Origin: Nitrospinales bacterium
GTDB taxonomy: Bacteria; Nitrospinota; Nitrospinia; Nitrospinales; VA-1
Direction of reading: 5' to 3'
DNA length: 64,000 bases
Assembly (NCBI GenBank): GCA_965223795.1
Contig: CBDCXL010000001.1
Coordinates: 320,001 to 384,000 of the forward strand
Part shown: piece after piece, positions 21,279 to 30,781 of the stretch
How the letters are laid out: each line of letters begins with the position of its first letter
Position numbering within the stretch: position 1 is the stretch's first letter
Program-made: the position numbers and the translations under genes
Notes under the pieces: model-generated
Databases searched by the model: none
Told to the model about the DNA's origin: nothing
What the model saw: only the letters and a program-made list of their open reading frames with translations

Positions 21279-21509
21279 CGTTTCTTTTGCAGTGTGTGCG
21301 GAAATGCATGACAGGCTAAGTTTTTTTGATTGAGCACGTTATCACTTTTGCGGGCCGGTTTCAAAAGATGTTGGCGGGCTTTTTGCGCGCCGCCCGTCCG
21401 GTCCTGCCGGACGCGGCCTGCGCGGGCGCATTCAAGCAGCGAAAATTCAAGCATCTGGCTGCTGTGCTACAATTCAGGATTGCACGATCCACTGTCGAGG
21501 CTTGCACAA

Positions 21510-21902
21510 ATGCCGCCGCCGTCCCTGAAAATCCTGCTCACGCACCTGGAATGGAACCTCCAGCGCCTCGAAGAGATCCTGAAAAACGAGGCGACGGAAT
21601 ACTACCGCGACGCGGCGCTGCAGCGTTTCGGCCACTGCATGGACATGGCGGTCAAGTGCCTGGAAGCCGCGGCGGCGCAGGAGGAATCCAAAACCGGGTC
21701 CGCCGGGTTTCACCGGGCGGTGGAGAACCGGTGGATCGCCGACACCGAACATCTCGAATCCATGCTCGCCGATCACGCGGCGCTGCCGGAGAAGTCCGAA
21801 AGCGCCCCGCCAGCGGCGGTGTTCGAAAAACTCGACCGCTACCACGCTATTTTAAACGAGCTGTATGCCAGCCTGACGGCGCGGGCGGGTCAGGATCAAT
21901 AG
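21510..21902 (+). CDS. HI0074-like nucleotidyltransferase substrate-binding (HEPN-fold) protein, degenerate
   Basis: L.RLEE.L......RDAALQRF...MDMA.K resembles the RD..IQRFE...ELAWK motif. Confidence 0.6.
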   Translation: MPPPSLKILLTHLEWNLQRLEEILKNEATEYYRDAALQRFGHCMDMAVKCLEAAAAQEESKTGSAGFHRAVENRWIADTEHLESMLADHAALPEKSESAPPAAVFEKLDRYHAILNELYASLTARAGQDQ

Positions 21903-21982
21903 ATATTATGATTATGAATTTTTACGAAATTCAGAGGTGTCTCGGTTGATTTTAACTTCGTAAATGCCAGCATTTTAAATAA

Positions 21983-23242
21983 TTACACTAAGTAATCGGG
22001 TAACTTTGTTTGCGAACTAATAATAGCTTTATCAATTTGTTCTTTAGTTAGCCCCACTGCTTGATGCCCAATATCTAAATATAATTTGGCGCCACTAAGA
22101 TCAGTATTATTAAAAATGGCGCCACTGAAATCTGTGTTAATACATTCAGTATGCCTTAACTCGCAAGATGATAAGTTGGCATTAAGAAAACCCGCTTCGT
22201 TAAGTATGGATCGCACTAAATTAGCATTAGACAAATCTGTCCCTCCCAAAAAAGCATCCGTAAGATCGGCTCTTGTAAGTCGGACAGACTTTAAAATTGA
22301 TTTACCAAATTCGGCTTTTTTTAAAGTTGCCATGTCGAAATTAGAATTCTCTAAATTCGCATAAATAATAATAGCGTCGTTTAAATTAGCAGCTCTAAAA
22401 TCAGCTTCTTTCAAGTAACTACCTTCTAAGTTTACTAATTGAAAATTACCTCTCTTGAAGTCAGCCTTATATAGATTGGTCTTTGATAAATCGAGTATCG
22501 GTTCATTTTTACGAATATCACGCCTTCCAATAATAGAGATTATGGCCTGTATATAAATTGGAATTGGATCTTCATCTTCTTTTTTCGGTGGAGATACTGC
22601 GGGATCAGAAATTTCTCTTTCTGAACGAATTAGAGCGGTTAAAATTTCTAAAATCTGATTGTGATATTCGGGTGCCCCTTTGGCTATGCTCTCAAGGGAA
22701 TAAATACCACCCAATTTAATTGATTCATTTTCATTTCCTAATTGTTCGATTGCACGTGAGAAATTTTCGGCATTTTGGGATATTCTTCCCAGTTCCACTT
22801 CGTGCCATTGCGCTTGAGAAGCTTGCCAATGCGCTTCAGAACGTCGCCAGGCAATGATTAAACCAGCAATTAATATGGCTCCCCCTAATATCTGGATTAA
22901 AATTTGACGATTTGCGATTATTAGTTGTTCACGAATTATATTCGAAAAGCTTGCTTCTAAAGGGGGAGCTAGGGTAGATGGAAGCCAAAAAAAGGATGAT
23001 AGTGTAAGAATAAAAAGTAAAATAATATACGGAATTGGATTTTCTTTTATCGTATTCCAAGCTTTGTTTGCTGCTCTATCAAACCGAATCCAAATATTAG
23101 TATTAATCCAGTTGAAAATAGTAGTCTTGCTATTAAAAGTAATAATTTTTTTGAAACCACCAAATTTATCCCAACGATTCAATAATTTTTGAACCCTCTC
23201 ACGTCGGTCCATAGATTGACTCCGTTGAGTTAGGATTTTCAC
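21983..23242 (-). CDS. Pentapeptide-repeat membrane protein (low GC)
   Basis: Two TM segments, F..AIEQLG....KLGGIYSLE.IA motif and long A(D/N)LxxA repeats. Start may be 23212. Confidence 0.88.
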   Translation of the reverse strand: MKILTQRSQSMDRRERVQKLLNRWDKFGGFKKIITFNSKTTIFNWINTNIWIRFDRAANKAWNTIKENPIPYIILLFILTLSSFFWLPSTLAPPLEASFSNIIREQLIIANRQILIQILGGAILIAGLIIAWRRSEAHWQASQAQWHEVELGRISQNAENFSRAIEQLGNENESIKLGGIYSLESIAKGAPEYHNQILEILTALIRSEREISDPAVSPPKKEDEDPIPIYIQAIISIIGRRDIRKNEPILDLSKTNLYKADFKRGNFQLVNLEGSYLKEADFRAANLNDAIIIYANLENSNFDMATLKKAEFGKSILKSVRLTRADLTDAFLGGTDLSNANLVRSILNEAGFLNANLSSCELRHTECINTDFSGAIFNNTDLSGAKLYLDIGHQAVGLTKEQIDKAIISSQTKLPDYLV

Positions 23243-23790
23243 CCCATCATTTTCTTGAGGTTTTCAAAGGCTCTCTTGCGGTGGGAGATGGCGTTTTTCT
23301 CGGCGGCGGTCATTTCGGCGAAGGTGCGGTCGTGCCCTTCGGGGATGAACAACACGTCCCAGCCGAAGCCGTTGCTGCCGCGCAATCGTTCGGCCACCTG
23401 CCCTTTCACTTCCCCCCTTGCGACGTGCATGCGTTCGCCGTCGTGCACCGCCACGTAACACTGGGCGCGCGCGCCGCGGTTTTCAAAGCCCGCGAGCATC
23501 TTCAACATGCCGGCGCAGCCGGTGGTCTTTTCGAACCATTTGACCAGCGCCCCCGGCAGCCCGTCCCAGGCGTCGAACACGAGTCCGGAATCCTCCACGA
23601 GAACCGGGGCCTTGAGCGCCGCGTGCGCTCTTTCGCATTTGTCGCGCACGCTCTGTTCGACGTCGATGGTCTGGATCTCGGGCAGGTCGCCCGGGTCCAC
23701 CTGAACCAGTTCGATGCCCAGGATCTCCCTGGCTTCCCGCACTTTATTGGCGTTCCCGGTGGCGAACTGGAGCTGATTCCATGGCGGCAT
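23239..23790 (-). CDS. rdgB: Non-canonical purine NTP pyrophosphatase (RdgB/Ham1)
   Basis: ATGNANK.RE, EDSGL, GFGWD and KNAISHR motifs. Confidence 0.93.
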   Translation of the reverse strand: MPPWNQLQFATGNANKVREAREILGIELVQVDPGDLPEIQTIDVEQSVRDKCERAHAALKAPVLVEDSGLVFDAWDGLPGALVKWFEKTTGCAGMLKMLAGFENRGARAQCYVAVHDGERMHVARGEVKGQVAERLRGSNGFGWDVLFIPEGHDRTFAEMTAAEKNAISHRKRAFENLKKMMG

Positions 23791-23928
23791 GCTGTTTTCC
23801 TTTCATTCTGCCCTGTGATTTGATAGAGATTGGGGCCGTTTGCCGGCACGGGGGAAACCTTGAATTGCCCCGCCTCCTGTGTTATACAGTTGAACCCTTA
23901 ATTTTCAAATAATTACTACTCCGAATCC

Positions 23929-24720
23929 ATGATTCCACCCAGATCGCTGCGACTTTTCGGTTTGCTGGCCGCGATGGTGTTCCTTTCCGGCTGTTTCAAT
24001 CTCTTCGAGCACGATTCCGATGTGCAGGCGCGCAAGGCGCTCAAGGACCTGATCGCTTTGCAGGATCAGGTCTATCGGGAAAAAGGCCGCTATGCGCAAA
24101 ACCTGTTGGACCTGGAAAAACTGGGTCTAAAATATCACACCGGCATCGTCTACATGGAGATCGAAATGGCCCGCAAGGACAAGTACCGGGCGATCTCTCT
24201 GCCGGCGGAATCGACGACGGCGCGGGTGTTCGCTTACGACACGGAACAGGGCGGATATTACGAGATGGACGAGGAGGAAGTGTCCCGCTACGTGCTGGGG
24301 GCGCTGATCCACATCCGCTCGGAGCAGGCGAAAAAGCAGATGAACGACACGCTGGCGACGTTTCTGGTGGGCCTGTCGCTGGTACTGGGAATCCGTTTCT
24401 GGACGCGGCACCGTGAGGCGGAATACCGCATGGTGTTCGTGGCGTTTTTTCTCAGCATGGTGCCCATCGTGTGGGCGGTCATGGCGCTCAACCACATGGA
24501 CGAGGACACCGTGATCACGCAGACGATCATGGTGCTGACGGGAATATCCCTGTTGTGCGCGGTTGTGAGCCTGATCCTCGCGGTCAACTGGTTCGTGCAC
24601 CGCAACCCTGCCGAAGTCCCCCCTCCCCTGCTGGCGCTGTTCGGCACCGCCTGCGTGGTGGCGCTGTTTTCCGGCGCCGTGATGATCCACATCTACAGCA
24701 CGTATTATTTCACCGGCTGA
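23929..24720 (+). CDS. Hypothetical lipoprotein with a pilin-like helix and 4 C-terminal TM helices
   Basis: FLSGC lipobox, A...L..L...Q......GRYA..L..L pattern and four hydrophobic segments. Confidence 0.65.
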   Translation: MIPPRSLRLFGLLAAMVFLSGCFNLFEHDSDVQARKALKDLIALQDQVYREKGRYAQNLLDLEKLGLKYHTGIVYMEIEMARKDKYRAISLPAESTTARVFAYDTEQGGYYEMDEEEVSRYVLGALIHIRSEQAKKQMNDTLATFLVGLSLVLGIRFWTRHREAEYRMVFVAFFLSMVPIVWAVMALNHMDEDTVITQTIMVLTGISLLCAVVSLILAVNWFVHRNPAEVPPPLLALFGTACVVALFSGAVMIHIYSTYYFTG

Positions 24721-24815
24721 CCTTTTCCAAATAAAATTCTATCGCGCAAAGACGCATCACTTCATACTTCGGCATGCTCAGGTTTGTTCAGTATGGAAGC
24801 GGAGCCGCGTTCTGA

Positions 24816-25655
24816 TCAAACGAGGTGGATGGTGACGACGTGGCTGGCGGGCTGGGTTCCCGAATTGCGTGTGGCGGATTTGAGCACGAAACTTTCCTTG
24901 TCTTTGGTTTCGCGCGGCAGGATGAATTTGATCGGGCCGTCGACCGAGTTCAGCGTCATGATGCGGGTGTGCGCCACTTTTTCCCTGGCGATGGTCATGT
25001 CGTAAAAGAACAGCGTGTCCCCGGCATCGACCCGGTTGGAACCGGCGACGCGGATATTGAGGATCAGGTCGCCGCGTTTTTTGCCGATCAGGCTGGATTC
25101 GCCGCGGCCGGGGATTTTCATGGACATGCGCGTCCAGTTGCCGGGCGGGATCTTCACCTCGAATCGCTCCCGCCCCTGACGCATGCGCAGGCAGCCGCCT
25201 TTCGCCGCGAAGGCCGGATGCACGCGCACCTGCTTGTGGACATCGAGCAGAAACAGCTTGCGTTCGCAATGGGTCAGCGCATTGCGCAGAACGTGCGCCC
25301 AGTGCCGCAAGGCCTCGCGCGCCTGCCGCAGCTCGGGAATGGGGTCGAACGGAGGCGCTTTTTCGTTTGCGTCACTCTGTCCGGGCTGCGGAGCGGTGAC
25401 CACGGCGAGCGGTCCGGCCTCCCGGTCCCGCTTCGCGGATTGCTCGCTGTTTTGGTAGCGGGCTTCCAGCACCTTGAACGCCAGGGTGATTTCCTTGAGT
25501 TTTTCCTCGTATTTCAGGTTGCCGGGGTGGACATCGGGATGGTAGCGACGGGCCAGGGCGTGGTAGGACCGCTTGACGGCGTCCCAGTGTTCGTCCTGGG
25601 AGACCTTCAGGATCCGGTAACAGTCCGCGATTCTCAGTGTGGCTGAAAAATTCAT
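24816..25655 (-). CDS. DnaJ-domain protein (CbpA-like, no Zn finger)
   Basis: Y.IL.V...KRSY..LARRYHPD J-domain and DnaJ_C-like VKIPPG...GRG...RGDL. Confidence 0.85.
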   Translation of the reverse strand: MNFSATLRIADCYRILKVSQDEHWDAVKRSYHALARRYHPDVHPGNLKYEEKLKEITLAFKVLEARYQNSEQSAKRDREAGPLAVVTAPQPGQSDANEKAPPFDPIPELRQAREALRHWAHVLRNALTHCERKLFLLDVHKQVRVHPAFAAKGGCLRMRQGRERFEVKIPPGNWTRMSMKIPGRGESSLIGKKRGDLILNIRVAGSNRVDAGDTLFFYDMTIAREKVAHTRIMTLNSVDGPIKFILPRETKDKESFVLKSATRNSGTQPASHVVTIHLV

Positions 25656-25939
25656 GATCTATACGGTCGGCAATTTTGATGATATATTTTCAGGGCCTGT
25701 CCGCACGCCCGCGGGGGCCGGCTGCGTGCTGCGAATGCTCCGGCGCCTGCCGGTGCAGGGCCGCAGCGGTAAAACGATACGCGATTCATAATGAACGGGT
25801 TTTGTGAATATCTCCATGCCAATAATACCCTCATTGCAAGTGGTTTCAACTGAAAAATTTTACTCCGGTGGCGCGCCGTTTCCTGCGTTCGTTCCTGTTT
25901 GGGCGCAGAAAAAAACGGGCCGCCGGATGAGGGGTGCGT

Positions 25940-26992
25940 ATGGCGCTTGAGCCGCACAGCCGGGTTGAACTGGAAAACTGGATCGGCGCCCCGGAAGACC
26001 GGTTGCGGTCGTTGTTCGCCGAGTGGGGTGAGAAACCGTACCGGGTGCACCAGGTGTTCAACTGGGTGTACCACTACGGCGTGCGGGATTTTTTCAGCAT
26101 GACCAATCTGTCGAAATCCCTCAGGCAGAAACTGCACGAGCGCTTCCGTTTTTACCTGCCTGAAATCCAGGAAAGGCTGGTTTCCAGCGACGGCTCGATC
26201 AAGTACCTGTTCGCGCTTAGGGACGGCAATGTGATCGAAAGCGTGTGGATGCCGTCCGGACCGCGCAGGACGCTGTGCATCTCGACGCAGGCGGGCTGCC
26301 GGCTGGCCTGCTCGTTCTGCAACACCGCGACGCTGGGGCTCAAACGCAACCTGACGGCGGGCGAGATCCTGGGGCAGTACCTGAGAGTCAACGAGGATCT
26401 GGACGAGGCGGACCGCATCACCAACATCGTGGTCATGGGCATGGGCGAACCGCTGGACAATTACGGACCGCTGGTGGACGCGCTCAGGCTGATGGTGTCG
26501 CCGGAGGCGCTGCGCATCTCGACGCGCAAGATCACGGTGTCCACTTCCGGCCTGGTGGACCGCATCGATGATTTCAAAAAAGAGGGCCTCAACGTCAATC
26601 TCGCCATCTCGCTCAACGCCACGGAAAACGGGACGCGGGACGCGATCATGCCGATCAATAAAAAGTACCCGATCGAAATCCTGCTTGACTGTCTCAGATC
26701 CTATCCGTTAAAACCAACGCGGAGGTTGACGTTCGAGTACGTCCTGCTCGACGGCATCAACGACAGCGACGCGGACGCGAAGCGTCTGGCAAAACTGCTG
26801 CACGGCATTCCCAGCAAGATCAACCTGATTCCTTTCAATCCCCATGCGGGAAACGGCTACCGTCCGCCGAACGAGAAACGCATCGCCGCATTTCAGAATC
26901 ACCTGATCGCCAGGCATTATTCGGTGTTTGTGCGGAAAAACCGCGGCGCCGACGTCCTGGGCGCGTGCGGCCAGCTTGCGGCGCAGAACTGA
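25940..26992 (+). CDS. rlmN: 23S rRNA/tRNA m2A methyltransferase RlmN
   Basis: CISTQAGCRLACSFC, MGMGEP and ACGQL motifs. Confidence 0.96.
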   Translation: MALEPHSRVELENWIGAPEDRLRSLFAEWGEKPYRVHQVFNWVYHYGVRDFFSMTNLSKSLRQKLHERFRFYLPEIQERLVSSDGSIKYLFALRDGNVIESVWMPSGPRRTLCISTQAGCRLACSFCNTATLGLKRNLTAGEILGQYLRVNEDLDEADRITNIVVMGMGEPLDNYGPLVDALRLMVSPEALRISTRKITVSTSGLVDRIDDFKKEGLNVNLAISLNATENGTRDAIMPINKKYPIEILLDCLRSYPLKPTRRLTFEYVLLDGINDSDADAKRLAKLLHGIPSKINLIPFNPHAGNGYRPPNEKRIAAFQNHLIARHYSVFVRKNRGADVLGACGQLAAQN

Positions 26993-27032
26993 TCTCTCCT
27001 GCACGGAATCCCCAACCCCGAGGACACACCCG

Positions 27033-27773
27033 ATGACCGCAGTGCCCGAAAACAACCCGGCTTCCCTGGATCTTTCCGTCGTCATTCCCGTGTACAACGA
27101 ACGGGAAAGCCTGGTGCCGCTTGAGGAAGAACTGGACAAAAATTTACAAAAACTCGGCAAGAGCCATGAAATCATTTTCGTGGACGACGGCAGCCTGGAC
27201 GGGAGCGCCACGCTGATCCGGACGATGCAGGAATACAACCCGCGCATCCGTCTCCTGCGCTTCGCCTCCAACAGCGGTCAGACGGCGGCGTTCGCGGCCG
27301 GGTTTCAGGCGGCGCGCGGCGAGGTGGTGGTGACCATGGACGCGGATTTGCAGAACGACCCCGCCGACATTCCGCTGCTTCTGGACGGCATCCGCGATCA
27401 CGACGCGGTGTGCGGCTGGCGGCACAAGCGCAACGACCCGTGGGTGAAACGAATGTCCTCGAAGATCGCGAATTTCGTGCGCAACCGGCTGAGCGAGGAA
27501 TCGATCGCCGACACGGGCTGCTCGCTCAAGGCGTTCCGCAGGGAGTGCATCCGGCGCATTCAACTGTACAACGGCATGCACCGCTTCTTCCCGACGCTGC
27601 TCAAGATGCAGGGATACAAGGTCGCGCAGGTGAAGGTGCACCATCATCCGCGGCTGCACGGGCAGTCCAAGTACAACATCAGCAACCGCCTGTTTTCTTC
27701 CTTCATGGACCTTCTGGCGGTGCGGTGGATGAAAAAAAGAAAACTGCAATATCAAATCGTTGAGGAGGAATAA
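27033..27773 (+). CDS. Family 2 glycosyltransferase (ArnC/polyprenol-phosphate type)
   Basis: SVVIPVYNE, VDDGS.DG, MDADLQNDP and MHRF.P motifs. Confidence 0.92.
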   Translation: MTAVPENNPASLDLSVVIPVYNERESLVPLEEELDKNLQKLGKSHEIIFVDDGSLDGSATLIRTMQEYNPRIRLLRFASNSGQTAAFAAGFQAARGEVVVTMDADLQNDPADIPLLLDGIRDHDAVCGWRHKRNDPWVKRMSSKIANFVRNRLSEESIADTGCSLKAFRRECIRRIQLYNGMHRFFPTLLKMQGYKVAQVKVHHHPRLHGQSKYNISNRLFSSFMDLLAVRWMKKRKLQYQIVEEE

Positions 27774-28064
27774 ATGAGTCTGACCCCTTGGGTGATCATC
27801 GGTCTGGTCGGACAGGCCTGCTTTTTCATGCGGTTCTTTATCCAGTGGGTCGTTTCCGAACGGCGCGGAGAAAGCACCATCCCGCTATTATTCTGGTATT
27901 TCAGTATCGGCGGCAGCCTGATCCTGCTGTCCTATGCCATTCATCGTCAGGACCCGGTGTTCATCCTCGGCCAGAGCGTGGGTTCGGTGATCTATGTGCG
28001 CAACCTGGTTCTCATCGCCCGCAAGAAACGGTCGCTGAAGCTGGAGGCGCTGGAAAATGACTGA
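27774..28064 (+). CDS. Lipid A biosynthesis N-terminal domain (LAB_N) protein
   Basis: G..GQ..F..RF.IQW..SE....S.IP..FWY.S..G...L.YAI...DPVFILGQ...IY.RNL pattern. Confidence 0.88.
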   Translation: MSLTPWVIIGLVGQACFFMRFFIQWVVSERRGESTIPLLFWYFSIGGSLILLSYAIHRQDPVFILGQSVGSVIYVRNLVLIARKKRSLKLEALEND

Positions 28065-28272
28065 ATGGCCGCTGCGGCTGACGGGGATCATCGCCCTCAT
28101 TCTGGGCGGGGTGCTGTTCGTTGTCGCGGTGAAGTACATCTCGTCCGAGTGGCCGCAGATCCTCGTCGGCGTGCTGTCGGTGTTTCTCGCGTCGCTGGGT
28201 TTCGGGCTCTGCATCATGCCGCTGGAGTCCTCCGATTCCGATTCTTCCAAGGACAATTTCCCTCCCGCCTGA
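28057..28272 (+). CDS. Small 2-TM hypothetical protein
   Basis: Overlaps the LAB_N stop, GGAGG RBS, two hydrophobic helices. Confidence 0.65.
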   Translation: MTEWPLRLTGIIALILGGVLFVVAVKYISSEWPQILVGVLSVFLASLGFGLCIMPLESSDSDSSKDNFPPA

Positions 28273-28606
28273 CTTTTACCGGCCCGTTTCCCGGCACCGC
28301 CAAAACCGCGCAAATGCCTGCAATATTAGGGATTTCTAATTTTCTTGACTTTACAAAACCCGTATGATATTTCTCTACACTCCGAAAATATGGCCTGCTT
28401 GTTTTTTGTTGTTTTTTAGCCATTTATTAATCAATCAATTACAGCCTGGCTGTTTTGCATACTCACATTTGACTGCTTGGAACCGGCGGGAGATCTTGTT
28501 GAATTTATAAGTTCTTTCGCCTATTTCTTTCCCGGCCGGCGGCACAGGGGGCTGGAAAAGAAATCCACGTGCATTCCGCAAAATTCGGCTCAACGAGGGA
28601 GAGCTC

Positions 28607-30763
28607 ATGGAACGTTCGCACAACCCGTCTAAAGCATCGTTTATCGTCAAATCGATTTTTCTCTCCCTTCTCGTTTTCGGGCTCCTGCATCTGGCCCCCG
28701 CTTCCTTCAACCCTTCCACCTATTTCTCATCCAATCTGACTCTCTGGGACGGACCTTCCGCGGCCTGGGCCCAGGATGCCGCCGAAGAGGATTTCGGCGA
28801 CTTTGAAGAGGGCGGCGATGATTTCGGCGAGTTCGAAGAAGGCGGTGATGACTTCGGCGAAGTTGAAGAGGGCGAAGAAGGCGCAGAGGGTGAGGAAGGC
28901 GAGGAAGGGGCCGAAGAGGAAGACGATTCCTGGAAAACCGACATCGGTCTCGCCAAGGAGCATGAGTTCGAACCGTATTCCTTCTTTGGCCTCAGCAACC
29001 GCAAGTTCACCTGGGCGGCGGCGCAGCTTCACATCCTGTTCGCGTCGTTCATCCTCGGCTGCCCCATGTTCGTCGTCATCATGGAGGTCATGGGCGCGCG
29101 GCGCACCCAGGGCGTGCGCAAGGCGATCGTTCTGTCGAACGTGTTCCTCGGCGTTCTGATCGGCGTGGTCATCGGCATCACCGGCGAGATCATCGTCGGC
29201 ATCCACCACGGCGTGTTGTACGGATTGTGGGCCTGTGCGTTCGGGGCGCTGTTCGTCAGCTTCATGAACTATTTCCACAGGCTGATGAACGTGACGGCCT
29301 CGGCCATTGTCGGCGGCATCCTGGGAACGATCGTGGCCATTCCGCTGACACCGGTGGAGCACTACGAGGCTTCCGGGATCATCCTGGCGCTCATCAACGG
29401 CATCGTCGGCGGTATCCTGTCGAACCTCATCATGTTCGCCAAGGGCGACTTCAAGTTCGAGCGCCTGGCGCACGAGATCACCAAGGTCATCGGCATCTGT
29501 TACAGCTTCACGGCGCTCACCGGCGGTCTGTTCCTCCTGGTGATGCTGGTGCTGTATCAGGATTTCATCACCTATCTCGTCGCAACCTTCCCGGTCCTGT
29601 TCCTGGTGGCGTATCCCACGCTGTTCATCCTGGAAACGATCGTGATGTACATCTACGTCTATTCCTGGGATCCGCTCAATCAGTCGAACAAGAAGGGCCG
29701 CCACATCGTCACCGGCGTCATCCTCAATGTGCTTGGGCTGACGCTGCTGTGCGCGCTGGACGGTCCGGCGACCTATATGCAGACGCCTCCGGTGCCGCTG
29801 GATCAGCTGCAGAACACCAACGAATGGCAGCGCATCGCCACCTCGACCTGGATGCCGCTCAACTACCACCGCCTGGTGGGGAACGGCACGTTCGGCGGCT
29901 ACATGGTGGGCATCATCGGCGCTTACATGTATCTGTGGTCCACCAAGAAGGAAGAAAAGGAATATTACGACTGGGTGGGGTACATGGGCAACATCATCGG
30001 CGTCGGCATCATGATCCCGCTGCCGGCGATGGGCTACATTTTCGTCCGCGAGATTTACCAGTACGACGCCACCATCGGCATGTACATCATGTCCGACCGC
30101 GAATCCATGTTCATGCTGGTCCAGGGGCTGCTGGTGGGCACGATGTTCAGCGCCAGCAACATCTATATGTGGGTGAGCATGAAACGCATCGAGAACGCGG
30201 AACGGTTCTTCCCGGCGATGAAGTTCGGCTTCATATTGATCGTCATATCGGCGGCGATCTGGTTCACACCCAGGCGCTTCTTCGCCACGATGATGCCCGA
30301 ACCGGGCATGAACCCGGAAATGGTGCTGCCGGACAACCTGGCGTTCATGGCGCTCATGGTGGCCAAGAACACGGCGGCGTTCGCGCTGGTGACGGTGACG
30401 TTCATCAATTACATTTTTTACACCATCGCCACACGCACCGGGAAAGTGCACTACGGCAAGATCAACCCGCTGGGTGTGTACGTCCTCATATTCCTGGGTT
30501 TCGCGGACATCTGGCTGATGAGCTGGATGGGAACGATCCGCGAGCTGTCGCGCATGAACTGGCACATCTACAAAGTGTTCAAGGACGTGACGCCGGAGAA
30601 ATTCACGCCGACCCTGGCGGAATCCGGGTTCCACGTCACGACCATTGTCTGGACCTTCTTTATCATCATGACAGCCATCATCTGGCTGGGCATCAAGTAT
30701 CCTAAATCCAAGAAAAAGCCGGCTCCGGTTCCGGCATCCACCACGCCGCAGATGGCGGAATGA
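28607..30763 (+). CDS. Cytochrome bd-like oxidase subunit I (alternative CydA-like)
   Basis: QLHILF and NYHRL His residues, LFILE Glu, and RELSRMNW as a variant of E.GRQPW. Many TM helices. Confidence 0.8.
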   Translation: MERSHNPSKASFIVKSIFLSLLVFGLLHLAPASFNPSTYFSSNLTLWDGPSAAWAQDAAEEDFGDFEEGGDDFGEFEEGGDDFGEVEEGEEGAEGEEGEEGAEEEDDSWKTDIGLAKEHEFEPYSFFGLSNRKFTWAAAQLHILFASFILGCPMFVVIMEVMGARRTQGVRKAIVLSNVFLGVLIGVVIGITGEIIVGIHHGVLYGLWACAFGALFVSFMNYFHRLMNVTASAIVGGILGTIVAIPLTPVEHYEASGIILALINGIVGGILSNLIMFAKGDFKFERLAHEITKVIGICYSFTALTGGLFLLVMLVLYQDFITYLVATFPVLFLVAYPTLFILETIVMYIYVYSWDPLNQSNKKGRHIVTGVILNVLGLTLLCALDGPATYMQTPPVPLDQLQNTNEWQRIATSTWMPLNYHRLVGNGTFGGYMVGIIGAYMYLWSTKKEEKEYYDWVGYMGNIIGVGIMIPLPAMGYIFVREIYQYDATIGMYIMSDRESMFMLVQGLLVGTMFSASNIYMWVSMKRIENAERFFPAMKFGFILIVISAAIWFTPRRFFATMMPEPGMNPEMVLPDNLAFMALMVAKNTAAFALVTVTFINYIFYTIATRTGKVHYGKINPLGVYVLIFLGFADIWLMSWMGTIRELSRMNWHIYKVFKDVTPEKFTPTLAESGFHVTTIVWTFFIIMTAIIWLGIKYPKSKKKPAPVPASTTPQMAE
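28790..28879 (+). repeat. Three 30-nt tandem repeats encoding DFG(D/E)(F/V)EEG(G/E)(D/E), followed by a Glu/Gly tract
   Basis: gatttcggcgactttgaagagggcggcgat / gatttcggcgagttcgaagaaggcggtgat / gacttcggcgaagttgaagagggcgaagaa. Confidence 0.85.
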
Positions 30764-30781
30764 GATCTGAGGAGCGAAGGA

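Noticed and set aside
28790..28879. CRISPR array
   Set aside because: These are in-frame tandem coding repeats without unique spacers, and there are no cas genes.
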